Source of the DNA: Leptolyngbyaceae cyanobacterium | GTDB lineage: Bacteria; Cyanobacteriota; Cyanobacteriia; Phormidesmidales; Phormidesmidaceae | Direction: 5' to 3' | Assembly (NCBI GenBank): GCA_050331235.1 | Contig: JBHJHA010000019.1 | Span: 62,212 to 126,211 of the forward strand | Length of the DNA stretch: 64,000 bases | Shown here: piece after piece, positions 42,116 through 52,361 of the stretch | How positions within the stretch are numbered: the stretch's first letter is position 1 | Layout of the letters: each line of letters begins with the position of its first letter | Made by a program: the position numbers and the translations under genes | Notes under the pieces: generated by a model | The model's database searches: none | Seen by the model: the letters and a program-made list of their open reading frames with translations, nothing else | Told to the model about the DNA's origin: nothing

Positions 42116-44374
42116 ATGAGTTCTTCTCCACCACCACCGCCTCGCACCCTCTTGGGCAATGTGACTCAGGCCTTCAAGGCCGTGCAGCAGCGGATTGACT
42201 TTTCACAAGTTGCGCTGAAATCTGGGGCTCGTCCGGCCCAGCTCGAGGTGGTTTATCGGGATCAGGTGGAGACCTTTCCTTTGCTGGGCGATCGCTACAT
42301 CTTGGGACGCAGCTCACAAAGCAGCGATATCGTCGTTGGGAGCCCCATCGTTAGCCAAATTCATGCGTCAATCACCCGTGACCCCAACCGCCCAGGTCGC
42401 CCCTTTATCATCAAAGACAAAAAATCGACCAACGGTCTCTATCGCGGCAAAAAGCGGCTTAACTACTGGGTGTTGCAACACGGCGATACCTTGACCCTCG
42501 GACCAGCAGACCTAGCCGACGGCGTCACGCTACGCTTTACTGAGCCACCCCCTTGGTATTTTCAGGGGTTAAAGTATGGCCTGTATGGCTTTACCGGCTT
42601 GACCGCCGTGGTGGGCGCTTGGATCATCGGATTAGAATGGCCCAAGGTACCCATGCGTCCCATTCCTGAGTCAGTTCAGGGTCCAGTGGTGATTTACGCT
42701 GAAGAAGGGGACGAAATCATTCCCCTGCGGCCCGAACCCACCCAAGCCCACCAAGAAAACAAGCGCATTGCCGACTACGCGCCCTACCTGCCCAAGGCGG
42801 TGGTGGCCTCGGAAGACAGCCGCTACTACTGGCACTTAGGGGTTGATCCATTGGGCATTACCCGCGCCCTCGTCACCAATATTCGCGGCGGTGAAATTCG
42901 CGAAGGGGGCAGCACCATTACTCAACAGCTGGCCCGTAGCGTTTACCGCGAATATGTCGGCACAGAAGACTCCGCTGGCCGCAAAATCCGGGAGGCGATC
43001 GTTGCGCTCAAACTCGAAACTTTTTACAGCAAAGATGACCTGCTGCTGCTCTACCTCAACCGGGTTTACCTTGGAGGCAATCTGTACGGCTTTGAAGATG
43101 CGGCGCAGTTTTACTTTGGCAAAACTGCAAGTGAGCTCTCTCTGTCGGAAGCCGCTACCCTGGTCGGTATTTTACCTGCCCCCAATGCCTTCAATCCGGT
43201 ACAAAACTATGAAGCGGCAGTGGCTTACCGCGATCGCGTCCTCGATCGCATGACGGCTCTGGGCATGGTCAATGCCGAAGAGGCTCGCCGCGCCCGGCGA
43301 TCGCGCATTGAGATTAGCCCCAAAGCCCGCGAAGAACTCCAGAGCATCCGTGCTCCCTATTTCTACAGCTATATCTTTCGGGAATTGGAGGCCGTACTGG
43401 GTTCCGGTCTGGCTCGGGAAGGTAATTTCATCGTTGAGGCCACGCTTGATTTGGACATGCAGGCCGATGCTGATGCCGCCCTACAAAGCCATGTCAGCAC
43501 CGTAGGCGCTGATTTGAACTATAGCCAAGGGGCGATCGTCACCCTCGACAGTGCCCACGCAGAAATCCGTGCCTATGTAGGCGGCGTTGACTATCAGTCC
43601 AGTCAATTTGATCGAGTCACTCAGGCCGTGCGGCAACCCGGATCGACATTCAAAGTGTTTGCCTATGCCGCCGCTCTGGAGGAAGACATCTCACCTGGCC
43701 AAGCCTTTGGCTGTAGCGGGCTCAACTGGAATGGGCAATTTTTCGAGGGTTGTCGCTCCGGCGGCGCTCCCCTGGATATGTATGGCGGCCTAGCTCTCTC
43801 TGAAAACGTCGTTGCCCTCCGCATTGCCCAAGAGGTCGGGCTGAACTCAGTCATTCAAACCGCCCAGCGACTCGGCATTGAAAGCGAGCTCAATCCAGCT
43901 CCAGGGCTGATCTTGGGTGAAAGCGAAGTGACGCCGCTGGAGCTCACGGGAGCCTTTGGAGCGATCGCGAACGACGGCGTTTGGAATCCCCCCCATGGCA
44001 TTCGGCGGGTCTTGGATAGTAGTGACTGCACTGATCCAAATGATGCCAATAGCTGCCGCGTCGTCTATGAATTTGGTCAAACTGGCAATACCCAGCAGCA
44101 GGCCATTGCCCCGCAAATTGCCCAAACCCTCACCGGCTTGATGCAAGGCGTTATTCAGAGTGGCACCGGTCGCAACGCCTATCTCGGCCTGGGCGAAGCA
44201 GGTAAAACAGGCACCACAAATGATAATCGTGACCTCTGGTTCGTCGGCTTTGTTCCTAGTCAAGACTTGGTCACCGGGATCTGGTTAGGCAACGATGACA
44301 ATACGCCTACCGATGGCAGCAGTAGTCAGGCCGCCAAAATTTGGGGCACGTACATGAGCGACGTCACTCAATAA
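42116..44374 (+). CDS. class A penicillin-binding protein with N-terminal FHA domain
   Basis: FHA (LGRS, VSQIHA, STNG), TM, transglycosylase (EDSRYYWHLGVD, GGSTITQQLA) and transpeptidase (STFK, SEN, KTG). Confidence 0.93.
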   Translation: MSSSPPPPPRTLLGNVTQAFKAVQQRIDFSQVALKSGARPAQLEVVYRDQVETFPLLGDRYILGRSSQSSDIVVGSPIVSQIHASITRDPNRPGRPFIIKDKKSTNGLYRGKKRLNYWVLQHGDTLTLGPADLADGVTLRFTEPPPWYFQGLKYGLYGFTGLTAVVGAWIIGLEWPKVPMRPIPESVQGPVVIYAEEGDEIIPLRPEPTQAHQENKRIADYAPYLPKAVVASEDSRYYWHLGVDPLGITRALVTNIRGGEIREGGSTITQQLARSVYREYVGTEDSAGRKIREAIVALKLETFYSKDDLLLLYLNRVYLGGNLYGFEDAAQFYFGKTASELSLSEAATLVGILPAPNAFNPVQNYEAAVAYRDRVLDRMTALGMVNAEEARRARRSRIEISPKAREELQSIRAPYFYSYIFRELEAVLGSGLAREGNFIVEATLDLDMQADADAALQSHVSTVGADLNYSQGAIVTLDSAHAEIRAYVGGVDYQSSQFDRVTQAVRQPGSTFKVFAYAAALEEDISPGQAFGCSGLNWNGQFFEGCRSGGAPLDMYGGLALSENVVALRIAQEVGLNSVIQTAQRLGIESELNPAPGLILGESEVTPLELTGAFGAIANDGVWNPPHGIRRVLDSSDCTDPNDANSCRVVYEFGQTGNTQQQAIAPQIAQTLTGLMQGVIQSGTGRNAYLGLGEAGKTGTTNDNRDLWFVGFVPSQDLVTGIWLGNDDNTPTDGSSSQAAKIWGTYMSDVTQ

Positions 44375-44391
44375 ACGATGCCGTGCAGTCT

Positions 44392-44658
44392 TTAGCGATC
44401 AGCAGTTAAGTATTGATTGAGCTGTTGCGCCAATGGCTGCTCTTGCCATTGTTTCGCTCGATAGTAGACATATCCTGGATACCGAGGGGCCCGTCTTAAG
44501 ATGCCGGCCTCTAACCAAGTCTGCAAAAAGCTAGCAGCCATATCATGGGAAATTTCCGCTGCCTGCATTACCTGCTCAGGCGTGATAAATTCACTGTTTT
44601 CCAGTACGAACCGCCAAGCCCTTAACATCTGTGCAGTGGGCCTTTGAGTCGCAGTCAT
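44392..44658 (-). CDS. small hypothetical protein, possible winged helix-turn-helix
   Basis: 88 aa; TPEQVMQAAEISHDMAASFLQTWLEAGILRR...YVYY has HTH-plus-wing pattern. Confidence 0.6.
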   Translation of the reverse strand: MTATQRPTAQMLRAWRFVLENSEFITPEQVMQAAEISHDMAASFLQTWLEAGILRRAPRYPGYVYYRAKQWQEQPLAQQLNQYLTADR

Positions 44659-45119
44659 AATTCCAACCAAATTATTTCAATCCATTAAAGCTGGTAATCA
44701 AATGCTGCACTGATGGACTATTAACAAAGTCTAACATTAATATTCCATCGATAGAGATCAGCCTTTAGAAGCATGACAAGTCGTCTTTCTTGATCTCATA
44801 ATTAGGCCCACGTAAAACATGTTGGGCAACTCTGCTTTACACCTATTTTCTCATATAGGAAAACGAGAGATACACCCCTGGAAAGGGGCAATGAACTCGC
44901 GGAAGAATCAATTTTTCTGTATCTATCGCGTTTAGCGACGGTTTGGTGGCAAGGAACAGTCGCGTTGCATCTACGATCGAGTAGCGCCGCTGAAGAACCA
45001 TGAGATACTTCCAAAAATCTGATTTGTTTCCTTTTGAGCAGATTTTCTGACCAAAGTTACCTTAAGATTCCTTCTCCAACATTTTTTCAGCTCATTCTGC
45101 CTGCATTATTGCAACTCTT

Positions 45120-46535
45120 ATGAACTCTAAAGACTACTGCCCGCGAGAGTTTTACGATGAATATTTTGTCGATCAGACAACTCTTAGAACAGAGTCAGCA
45201 GCAGTTTTGCAGTGGTTTGAGCAGCGATCGCTAGCTGACATTGCTCAGCTGAGCCAGTCAGCCCAAGCAAAACTGAAGGATCTGGGTGCTACCTTTCGTG
45301 TCAATGGCGAAGAGCGGGCTTTGCCCTTCGATCCCATTCCCCGCATCATTCCCCGCCATGAGTGGCAGCAGATTGAGGCCGGACTTAAGCAGCGTGTCCA
45401 GGCCATCAATTTATTTTGCGCCGATGTTTATGGCTCCCAGACCATTGTCCAGGCCGAGATCATCCCTAAAACCGTGATCGAGTCAGCCTATCGCTACTTT
45501 CCAGCCTGCCAGGGGCTGCGTCCTCCCCAAGACATTTGGTGTCATATTAGCGGGATTGATTTGGTGCGAGATCGCCAAGGCCAATGGCGCGTTCTCGAAG
45601 ACAACGTGCGCGAGCCCTCAGGGATTGCCTACGTCATCAAAAACCGAGAAGTCATGCAGGCGGTAATGCCAGAGCTGCTAGAAACCGTAAAGCCACTGCC
45701 CACCGATGACTATGCTCACCAGCTCAAAACTGTCTTAAGTTCCCTGCAACGGTCCCCAGATGGGGTGGTCGGCATCCTAACCAAAGGTCCAAGCAGTTCT
45801 TCCTATTTTGAGCATGTCTACCTTTCAGAGCAAATGGGAATGCCCCTAGTGCGACCTGAAGATCTGGCGATTCGCGAGGGGTTTCTGTATTCGCGCACCG
45901 ATCGCAGTTGGCAGCGCATCGAGGGGCTATATCGCCGGGGCAATACCGAAATGTTTGCGGGCCTGAATCTCGGCGACGGAATTACCGATAGCCGGGCTGC
46001 CATTATTGATCTATGCCGCCAGGGTAAACTGGCGATCGCCAATACCCTTGGCGCTGGCATCGCTGACGACAAAGTCATTTATGCCTATGTGCCAGAGATG
46101 ATTCGCTTTTACCTAGAGGCCGAGCCGATCTTGCCCAATGTACCGACCTATCTCTGCTGGCGCGACCGCGATCGCGAATATGTCCTTGATCATCTCGATG
46201 AGCTAGTCGTCAAAGCTGCTAGTGAAGAGGGTGGCGAAGGGATGCTGATGGGCACTCAGTCCACCCCTGCGGAGCGGGAGGACTTTGCCGCTCGCATTCG
46301 TAATCGTCCTCGAGCTTACATGGCCCAGCCCACAATTTATTTATCGCAGATTCCCACGGTGATCGACGGACAGATCGTGCCACGTCATACCGACTTGCGT
46401 CCGTTTGTACTGCACCAAGGCGATGACCTGTACGTTTATCCAGGTGGACTCACCCGCGTGGCCTTGAAAGATGGTCAGCTCGTGGTCAATTCTTCCCAGG
46501 GGGGCGGCTCCAAAGATACCTGGATTGTGCCTTAG
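45120..46535 (+). CDS. circularly permuted type 2 ATP-grasp protein
   Basis: PFDPIPRII, GIDLVRD, VLEDN.REPSG, ADDK, DLRPF and VVNSSQGGGSKDTW motifs. Confidence 0.92.
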   Translation: MNSKDYCPREFYDEYFVDQTTLRTESAAVLQWFEQRSLADIAQLSQSAQAKLKDLGATFRVNGEERALPFDPIPRIIPRHEWQQIEAGLKQRVQAINLFCADVYGSQTIVQAEIIPKTVIESAYRYFPACQGLRPPQDIWCHISGIDLVRDRQGQWRVLEDNVREPSGIAYVIKNREVMQAVMPELLETVKPLPTDDYAHQLKTVLSSLQRSPDGVVGILTKGPSSSSYFEHVYLSEQMGMPLVRPEDLAIREGFLYSRTDRSWQRIEGLYRRGNTEMFAGLNLGDGITDSRAAIIDLCRQGKLAIANTLGAGIADDKVIYAYVPEMIRFYLEAEPILPNVPTYLCWRDRDREYVLDHLDELVVKAASEEGGEGMLMGTQSTPAEREDFAARIRNRPRAYMAQPTIYLSQIPTVIDGQIVPRHTDLRPFVLHQGDDLYVYPGGLTRVALKDGQLVVNSSQGGGSKDTWIVP

Positions 46536-46563
46536 ACCTTACCCACGAGCTGACCGCTCTCCA

Positions 46564-46758
46564 TTAATCCGCATCCTTTTGAATCGGTTTGTCACGGTTT
46601 TCCGCCCATTCCTCTGCCTTGGCCGTCGCGATCGCAATTGCGCGCCCCTTATCACTCCCCTCATCTAGCAGCGCATTGGCGATATCAATCGCTTTTTGGC
46701 GTACTTCGGGGGTGAAATTTTTCAGCGAGTCGGAATAGTCATCATAGGTCCAGGGCAT
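46564..46758 (-). CDS. small DUF2188/YdaT-like protein
   Basis: MPWTYDDY...KAIDIANALLDEG...RAIAIATAKAEEW, with GAGGTG RBS. Confidence 0.75.
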   Translation of the reverse strand: MPWTYDDYSDSLKNFTPEVRQKAIDIANALLDEGSDKGRAIAIATAKAEEWAENRDKPIQKDAD

Positions 46759-46885
46759 TAGGTCACCTCTCCAGCAATGGTCTTTATTTTCTCCGGTAGT
46801 CAGCCGCGCCAAAATCTTCCCAAAGCGTGAGTTTTAGCTGGATCGCGTATCCTACAAACGAAGACTTTCATTCGGCGGTGCTCGT

Positions 46886-47884
46886 ATGGTGACTCATCCC
46901 CCAGCTCAGGCAAACTCACCAGTGTCGCTCCCAAAAATAGGATGCGGCACTTGGGCTTGGGGCAATCGCTTGCTGTGGGGCTACACCCCTGACATGGATA
47001 CACAACTGCAGGCAGTGTTTGACCACTGTATCAGCCAAGGGGTGACCCTATTTGATACCGGTGACTCCTATGGCACGGGCCGCCTAAATGGTCGAAGCGA
47101 ATCTTTATTAGGCCAGTTTGCGGAGGCCTACCAGGGTCAACATCAGAACCAGATTTGCCTAGCGACCAAACTTGCCGCCTATCCCTGGCGGCTCACCCGG
47201 GGCGCTATGGTCAAAGCCTGTGCCGCCTCAGCTCAGCGGCTCGGCCGTCCAGTTGATTTGGCTCAGTTGCACTGGTCAACGGCGAACTATGCACCTTGGC
47301 AGGAAGGCGCTTTATTAGACGGTTTAGCCGATTTAGTGGAGCAGCAGCGGGTCAAAGGCATCGGCCTCTCTAACTTTGGTCCTAAACGCCTGCGCCAAAT
47401 CTATCCCCGCTTTCGCGATCGCGGCATTCCTATCACCACATTGCAGGTGCAATATTCACTCCTATCGACTTATCCGGTCAGCGAGTTGGGCATTCAAGAC
47501 ATCTGTGGTGAGTTGGGCATTCGGCTGATTGCCTACAGTCCTTTAGCACTAGGCATTCTCACCGGCAAATATCAAGTTGGTGGGCAGCTCCCCGGCGGTC
47601 TCCGCGGCTTTCTCTTTCGGCAGTTGCTCCCCGGTGTCCAACCTATTTTGGCTACCCTGGAAGCGATCGCCCTCCTACGCGACAAAACCATGGCGCAAGT
47701 CGCACTGAACTGGTGCATCGCCAAAGGCTTCATTCCCATTCCCGGTGCTAAAACGCTGGCGCAGGCCCAACAAAACACCAGCACTCTGGGCTGGCAGCTT
47801 GACGCAGGGGAAGTGCTCGAGCTCGACAACGCCGTTAATCGCAGCGATAAGCAGATGGTGCAAAACATTTTTCAAACCCGCTAA
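46886..47884 (+). CDS. aldo/keto reductase
   Basis: GTWAWG, FDTGDSYG, ATK, QLHW, AYSPL and PIPGAK motifs. Confidence 0.93.
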   Translation: MVTHPPAQANSPVSLPKIGCGTWAWGNRLLWGYTPDMDTQLQAVFDHCISQGVTLFDTGDSYGTGRLNGRSESLLGQFAEAYQGQHQNQICLATKLAAYPWRLTRGAMVKACAASAQRLGRPVDLAQLHWSTANYAPWQEGALLDGLADLVEQQRVKGIGLSNFGPKRLRQIYPRFRDRGIPITTLQVQYSLLSTYPVSELGIQDICGELGIRLIAYSPLALGILTGKYQVGGQLPGGLRGFLFRQLLPGVQPILATLEAIALLRDKTMAQVALNWCIAKGFIPIPGAKTLAQAQQNTSTLGWQLDAGEVLELDNAVNRSDKQMVQNIFQTR

Positions 47885-47893
47885 CGCAATCGG

Positions 47894-49144
47894 CTAGCTC
47901 TCCATCAAGGTCTCTAGCAAGGACAATTGTTGCGGTAGGCAAACTCGGGCCAAATCATAGTTTTGCACAATGGTGGCGCGGGCCTGTTCCCGTAGATCCT
48001 GCATCTGAGTAGGATGATCCAGCACATTGTTAATCTGCTGTACTAACTCATCGGCCTTGAAAAAATCGACAAGCAGGCCATTAACGCCCGACTGAATAAT
48101 CTCCTCCACCGGAGCAGTTCGTGAACCAATTACCAGACAGCCACAACTCATGGCCTCAAGCATCGACCATGACAATACAAATGGATAGGTCAAATAGACA
48201 TGCACCCGAGAAATCTGAAACAGCGCGATCAATTGACGATAGGGAATGCGACCCACAAAGTGCACCCGTGAACCATCAACCTCGGTTTCTACTTCTTGCC
48301 AAAAGATCTCCTTCCAGGTTTTACAGTCAGGGGCCGCCGCCCCATAACTGACCCCATCGCCACCGACAATGACCACCTGGGCCAGCGGCCGTTGTTGTAA
48401 CAGCTTTGGCAAGCATCGCATAAACCTATGGTAGCCACGATAGGGTTCCAAATTGCGATTCACGAAGGTGATCACCTCTACCGCACGATCCAGTTTGAGC
48501 TCACCCTGCCCCCCAGAGATTGTCAGAGTTGCCGCTGGATTAGGCCGTGCCACTGCAGTATTGATGCCGTCATGAACGCCCCTCAGCTTGGGCTGCAACG
48601 CCGCTGGCATCACTGACTTTTGATATTCAGTTGGGCAAACCCCGATATCGATCGCCTCTAGCGCCAGCAGATTAGTTGTGTTTTTCGTTCTGATGCGGCA
48701 CACCGTATCAAGCGATCGCTCCGGCCCCTGATCAAACTCTGGGTCAAATCCCACATCTTGCCCGCGACCGTGATAGTAAAACTCAAACAGTCCGACCAGA
48801 GGGACCCCCGGGAACACATCTTTGATGTACAGCGCCTCGCCCCATCCTGGATGCGCGCAGATCAGATCGGGCACAAAGCCCCGCTCTTGCAGTGCCAGTA
48901 GCGATCGCGCTACCTGCTGTCCACGTCGCACCTGCCCCTCAAAGTTACGAATATAGGGATGGGTCTGAGGGCTGCCCGCCTGAGGGGCTTGATAGCCTAC
49001 TCGCTGCACACCAGGCAGATCGGCCCGCCCTTGCAAATTACTGTTTTCCCCCAGCCCTACAACGGTATGCCCTTTTTCGGCCAGGGCCGGTGCTAAATGA
49101 ACATACTGTCCTGGAAAATTTTGATGTACGAACAACACATTCAT
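47894..49144 (-). CDS. glycosyltransferase family 4
   Basis: HQNFPGQY, HPGWGE, RNLEPYRG and YPFVLSWSMLEAMSCG motifs. Confidence 0.92.
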   Translation of the reverse strand: MNVLFVHQNFPGQYVHLAPALAEKGHTVVGLGENSNLQGRADLPGVQRVGYQAPQAGSPQTHPYIRNFEGQVRRGQQVARSLLALQERGFVPDLICAHPGWGEALYIKDVFPGVPLVGLFEFYYHGRGQDVGFDPEFDQGPERSLDTVCRIRTKNTTNLLALEAIDIGVCPTEYQKSVMPAALQPKLRGVHDGINTAVARPNPAATLTISGGQGELKLDRAVEVITFVNRNLEPYRGYHRFMRCLPKLLQQRPLAQVVIVGGDGVSYGAAAPDCKTWKEIFWQEVETEVDGSRVHFVGRIPYRQLIALFQISRVHVYLTYPFVLSWSMLEAMSCGCLVIGSRTAPVEEIIQSGVNGLLVDFFKADELVQQINNVLDHPTQMQDLREQARATIVQNYDLARVCLPQQLSLLETLMES

Positions 49145-49589
49145 GGAGCACTACAGTCAAATTAGCGGTTAGGCTCTATCCGGTTCCATGCCGCCAAGTC
49201 AGCAGCAGCTCGGCCAACTTTAGCGACAATCGCCAGCGCATCAAAGGCTCAACAGGAATCTTGAACCATCGCGTATCAGTAATTTTGCTTAGCTCAAACG
49301 CCTGTCAAGATCCAACTGTTTACTAGACTTCTTTATAAAACCATCAAAAAATACTGCTTTTTCATAAAGATTTTAAAAAGTTTTGTGCGCGGCGATCGCA
49401 AACTTCAATCCTGATTCCCATACTAAACTTAGCGATGTTAAACGCCCCTTAATTAGCGTCGTGGTTGTTTCCATCTCGGTTCGACAATCCCGTCGTCTAC
49501 CCGGTAGTGCTTTGGCCTACCCGTGTCGTCCGGTTACGAACTGAACTCTTTGAAATCCATTGCATTCGTGTTTATGGAGGGACTTTGCA

Positions 49590-49763
49590 ATGCGCGTTTA
49601 TACAAACTCTACGATTCGTAGTCTGGTTAGCTACAGCAAGTTGTTGATTGGAGTAGCCATCCTGTTTGTTGCCCTAAACCAAGCCATGAAAATTTGGGGC
49701 GATGATCCGGCTATTCAAGAAATCAAAAACCTGCTTCAGCCTCAGTCAGAACAAGCTCGATAA
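49590..49763 (+). CDS. small single-TM protein (57 aa)
   Basis: Strong GGAGG RBS upstream of ATG 49590; hydrophobic LLIGVAILFVAL segment. Confidence 0.6.
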   Translation: MRVYTNSTIRSLVSYSKLLIGVAILFVALNQAMKIWGDDPAIQEIKNLLQPQSEQAR

Positions 49764-49833
49764 CGATGTTTATCCTAGCTGACTTGGCTGGAGACGTCAC
49801 TCTACTCATCCGCTTGGGTCCGCGTGTCTGCAG

Positions 49834-51294
49834 TCATGACGCACCGCCGAGCCCTAGGGCGATTGCATCCATCACTCGGGCCACCGGTGCCACTTCCATT
49901 GGCGTCTCGACCCCACCTTGACCTTTGGGGACGATCGCCCGTTTAAAGCCGAGTTTGGTGGCTTCTTTCAGGCGGAGCTCAAGCTGAGACACCGGTCGGA
50001 CTTGGCCGCCGAGTCCGACCTCGCCCAAAATAACAGTGTACGGGTCAATGACGCGATCGCGAAAGCTCGCGGCAACGGCCAAAGCAATCCCGAGATCCGC
50101 TGCTGGTTCGCCGACGTTGAGCCCTCCGGATGACGCGACATACGCATCCAGTTTGGAGAGGGGAATACCCACCCGCTTTTCCAGTACGGCCAAGATTTGG
50201 AGCAGCCGGTTGAACTCAATGCCGGTTGTCGAGCGGCGGGGGGAACTGTAGCTAGTAGGGCTAACCAAAGCTTGAAGCTCCACCACAAGGGGGCGGGTTC
50301 CTTCGCAGGCGACAATAGTGGCAATGCCGGGCACCGCTTCATCGCGATTGCCCAAAAACAGTTCGGAAGGATTGCGCACCTCTTGTAAGCCGCGGTCCAC
50401 CATCTCGAAAATACCGAGCTCGTGGGTCGCACCAAAGCGGTTTTTCACCGATCGCAGCAGGCGATGACTGGCAAAGCGATCGCCTTCAAAATACAGTACC
50501 GTGTCCACCAAATGCTCCAGCACCTTTGGCCCCGCAATCGCCCCCTCTTTGGTCACGTGACCCACAATAAAGAGAGCAATATCATCGCGCTTAGCTACCT
50601 GCATCAATCCCGACGTGCATTCTCGCACTTGGGAAACCGACCCCGGAGCCGAGGTCAGCGCAGCATAGTATAGCGCTTGAATACTATCTACCACTGCCAC
50701 CGTTGGCTTCAGTGATTCGAGCTCCATCAAAATGGTCTCAAGATCAACCTCAGGTAACAAATACAGTCCTTGATTAGCGGCGGCCACTGCCGTTCCTGCC
50801 TCAGCTTTGGGGTCGGCAGCTCGCTGACTTTCACCAATGCCCAGTCGCTGCGATCGCAATTTGACCTGCTGCCCCGACTCTTCTGCGCAAACATAAAGGA
50901 CTCCCATTTTTTGGGCCAAATAGTTCGCGACTTGCAGTAAGAGGGTGGACTTACCAATACCGGGGTCGCCGCCTACTAAGACTAGCGATCCGGGAACGAT
51001 ACCTCCGCCCAAGACTCGATCTAGCTCACTGTAACCAGAGGGCTGGCGCGGTTGGGGCCGATCCTCAATTTGGTTAAGGGTGAGCGCTAGGCGTGGCTCT
51101 GGTTGGCGAGTCGCTTTAGTCGCTACTGGGGACCGCGATCGCCCCCTCAGTGCACCTACTTTGGCGGGTTCCGACGGTTGCGTCACCTGCTCAACCATGG
51201 TGTTCCAGTTGCCACAAACCGAGCATTTGCCAAAATACTGCGACGACTCTGCCCCACAGCTATTGCACACGTAGATTGAGCGCGATTTCGCCAT
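49834..51294 (-). CDS. radA: DNA repair protein RadA/Sms
   Basis: N-terminal zinc finger, GDPGIGKST, KNRFG and Lon-like C-terminus. Confidence 0.97.
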   Translation of the reverse strand: MAKSRSIYVCNSCGAESSQYFGKCSVCGNWNTMVEQVTQPSEPAKVGALRGRSRSPVATKATRQPEPRLALTLNQIEDRPQPRQPSGYSELDRVLGGGIVPGSLVLVGGDPGIGKSTLLLQVANYLAQKMGVLYVCAEESGQQVKLRSQRLGIGESQRAADPKAEAGTAVAAANQGLYLLPEVDLETILMELESLKPTVAVVDSIQALYYAALTSAPGSVSQVRECTSGLMQVAKRDDIALFIVGHVTKEGAIAGPKVLEHLVDTVLYFEGDRFASHRLLRSVKNRFGATHELGIFEMVDRGLQEVRNPSELFLGNRDEAVPGIATIVACEGTRPLVVELQALVSPTSYSSPRRSTTGIEFNRLLQILAVLEKRVGIPLSKLDAYVASSGGLNVGEPAADLGIALAVAASFRDRVIDPYTVILGEVGLGGQVRPVSQLELRLKEATKLGFKRAIVPKGQGGVETPMEVAPVARVMDAIALGLGGAS

Positions 51295-51312
51295 GCTTCC
51301 CTTTCAGCACAA

Positions 51313-51326
51313 AATACATTTGTATT
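51313..51326. promoter_or_regulatory. LexA-box-like palindrome upstream of radA
   Basis: AATAC-ATTT-GTATT versus cyanobacterial AGTAC-N4-GTACT; overlaps a minus-strand TACAAT -10. Confidence 0.5.
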
Positions 51327-51453
51327 GTATTACGCTGCACTATCTGCCTGCGTCTTGGGCAACTCTGTAACTGCTAGTTTGTTGCTCTTTGCCTCCATCA
51401 TCCGCCAATGTGAGGGATGATTGGCCCAGCATCTCAGGGTACAGTAAATATAT

Positions 51454-51471
51454 TCTGTAAAAGACTGTAAC
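51454..51471 (-). promoter_or_regulatory. HLR1-like (RpaB) direct repeat upstream of the ABC-2 permease
   Basis: Minus strand GTTACAGT-CT-TTTACAGA, just downstream of a -10-like TACAGT (51440-51445). Confidence 0.45.
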
Positions 51472-51479
51472 GCCGCTTT

Positions 51480-52307
51480 ATGGACGCCGAAGCTCTTCTT
51501 AAAATTCGCCCTTCATCGCCGAGCCATTTTCTCAAGGCTCTCTTTACCGACAGTCTGACGGTTTTTTGGGGCGACTGGTTAGATTTGCGGGTACGCATTC
51601 CTCAGGTAGCAGCGTCCGGCTTGGTTTCCCCACTAATTTATATCTTGGCCTTTGGTCTGGGGCTCGGAAGCTCCCTTGACCGTGTGAGTGAGCCTACCGT
51701 CGGCGAAACCTATTTAGAGTTCATCTTGCCTGGCATGGTGGCTCTGTCTTCCATGGTCATCAGCTTTGGCGGCACCACATTTTCCATCTGTGGCGATCGC
51801 CTCTTTACTAAGACGTTTGAGGAAATGCTACTTTACCCAGTCCATCCCCTCGCACTTTACCTCGGTAAGATGATGGCGGGAATTGTCCGAGGTATGCTCA
51901 CAGCGGCCTCCGTTATTTTGGTGGCGGTGCTTTTCACCGGCAATCTTTGGGGCTTCCTTAATCCGCTTTTTTTGGGCCTACTAATCCTCAACTGTGCGGT
52001 ATTTGCGGGATTAGGCGTTATTGTCGGGCTCAATGTTAGATCCTTAGAAAGTGTTGGCCTGTTCAACAACTTTTTGATTGTGCCCATGTCGTTTTTAGGC
52101 GGCACGTTTTTTGACCCAGCAACCCTCCCCACCTTACTCAAGGGCATTGTCTATTTGTTGCCGCTGACGTACACCACGATTGGTCTAAGAGCCTCAGCCT
52201 ACAAACCCCTCAGCGATTTCCCTTGGTACAGCTTTCCAATTTTGCTTGTTGTAGCGATCGCGATCGCTTACTTCGGAGCTTACCAATTCTCCCATCAGCA
52301 GGATTAA
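51480..52307 (+). CDS. ABC-2 type transporter permease
   Basis: YLEFILPG and PMSFLGGTFF...LPLT motifs; six TM; no ATPase gene adjacent. Confidence 0.9.
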   Translation: MDAEALLKIRPSSPSHFLKALFTDSLTVFWGDWLDLRVRIPQVAASGLVSPLIYILAFGLGLGSSLDRVSEPTVGETYLEFILPGMVALSSMVISFGGTTFSICGDRLFTKTFEEMLLYPVHPLALYLGKMMAGIVRGMLTAASVILVAVLFTGNLWGFLNPLFLGLLILNCAVFAGLGVIVGLNVRSLESVGLFNNFLIVPMSFLGGTFFDPATLPTLLKGIVYLLPLTYTTIGLRASAYKPLSDFPWYSFPILLVVAIAIAYFGAYQFSHQQD

Positions 52308-52361
52308 CCTCAGCCGCAAACCGCCTGAGTTCTAACCTCAGCCGTCGATGTCGATAACGTA

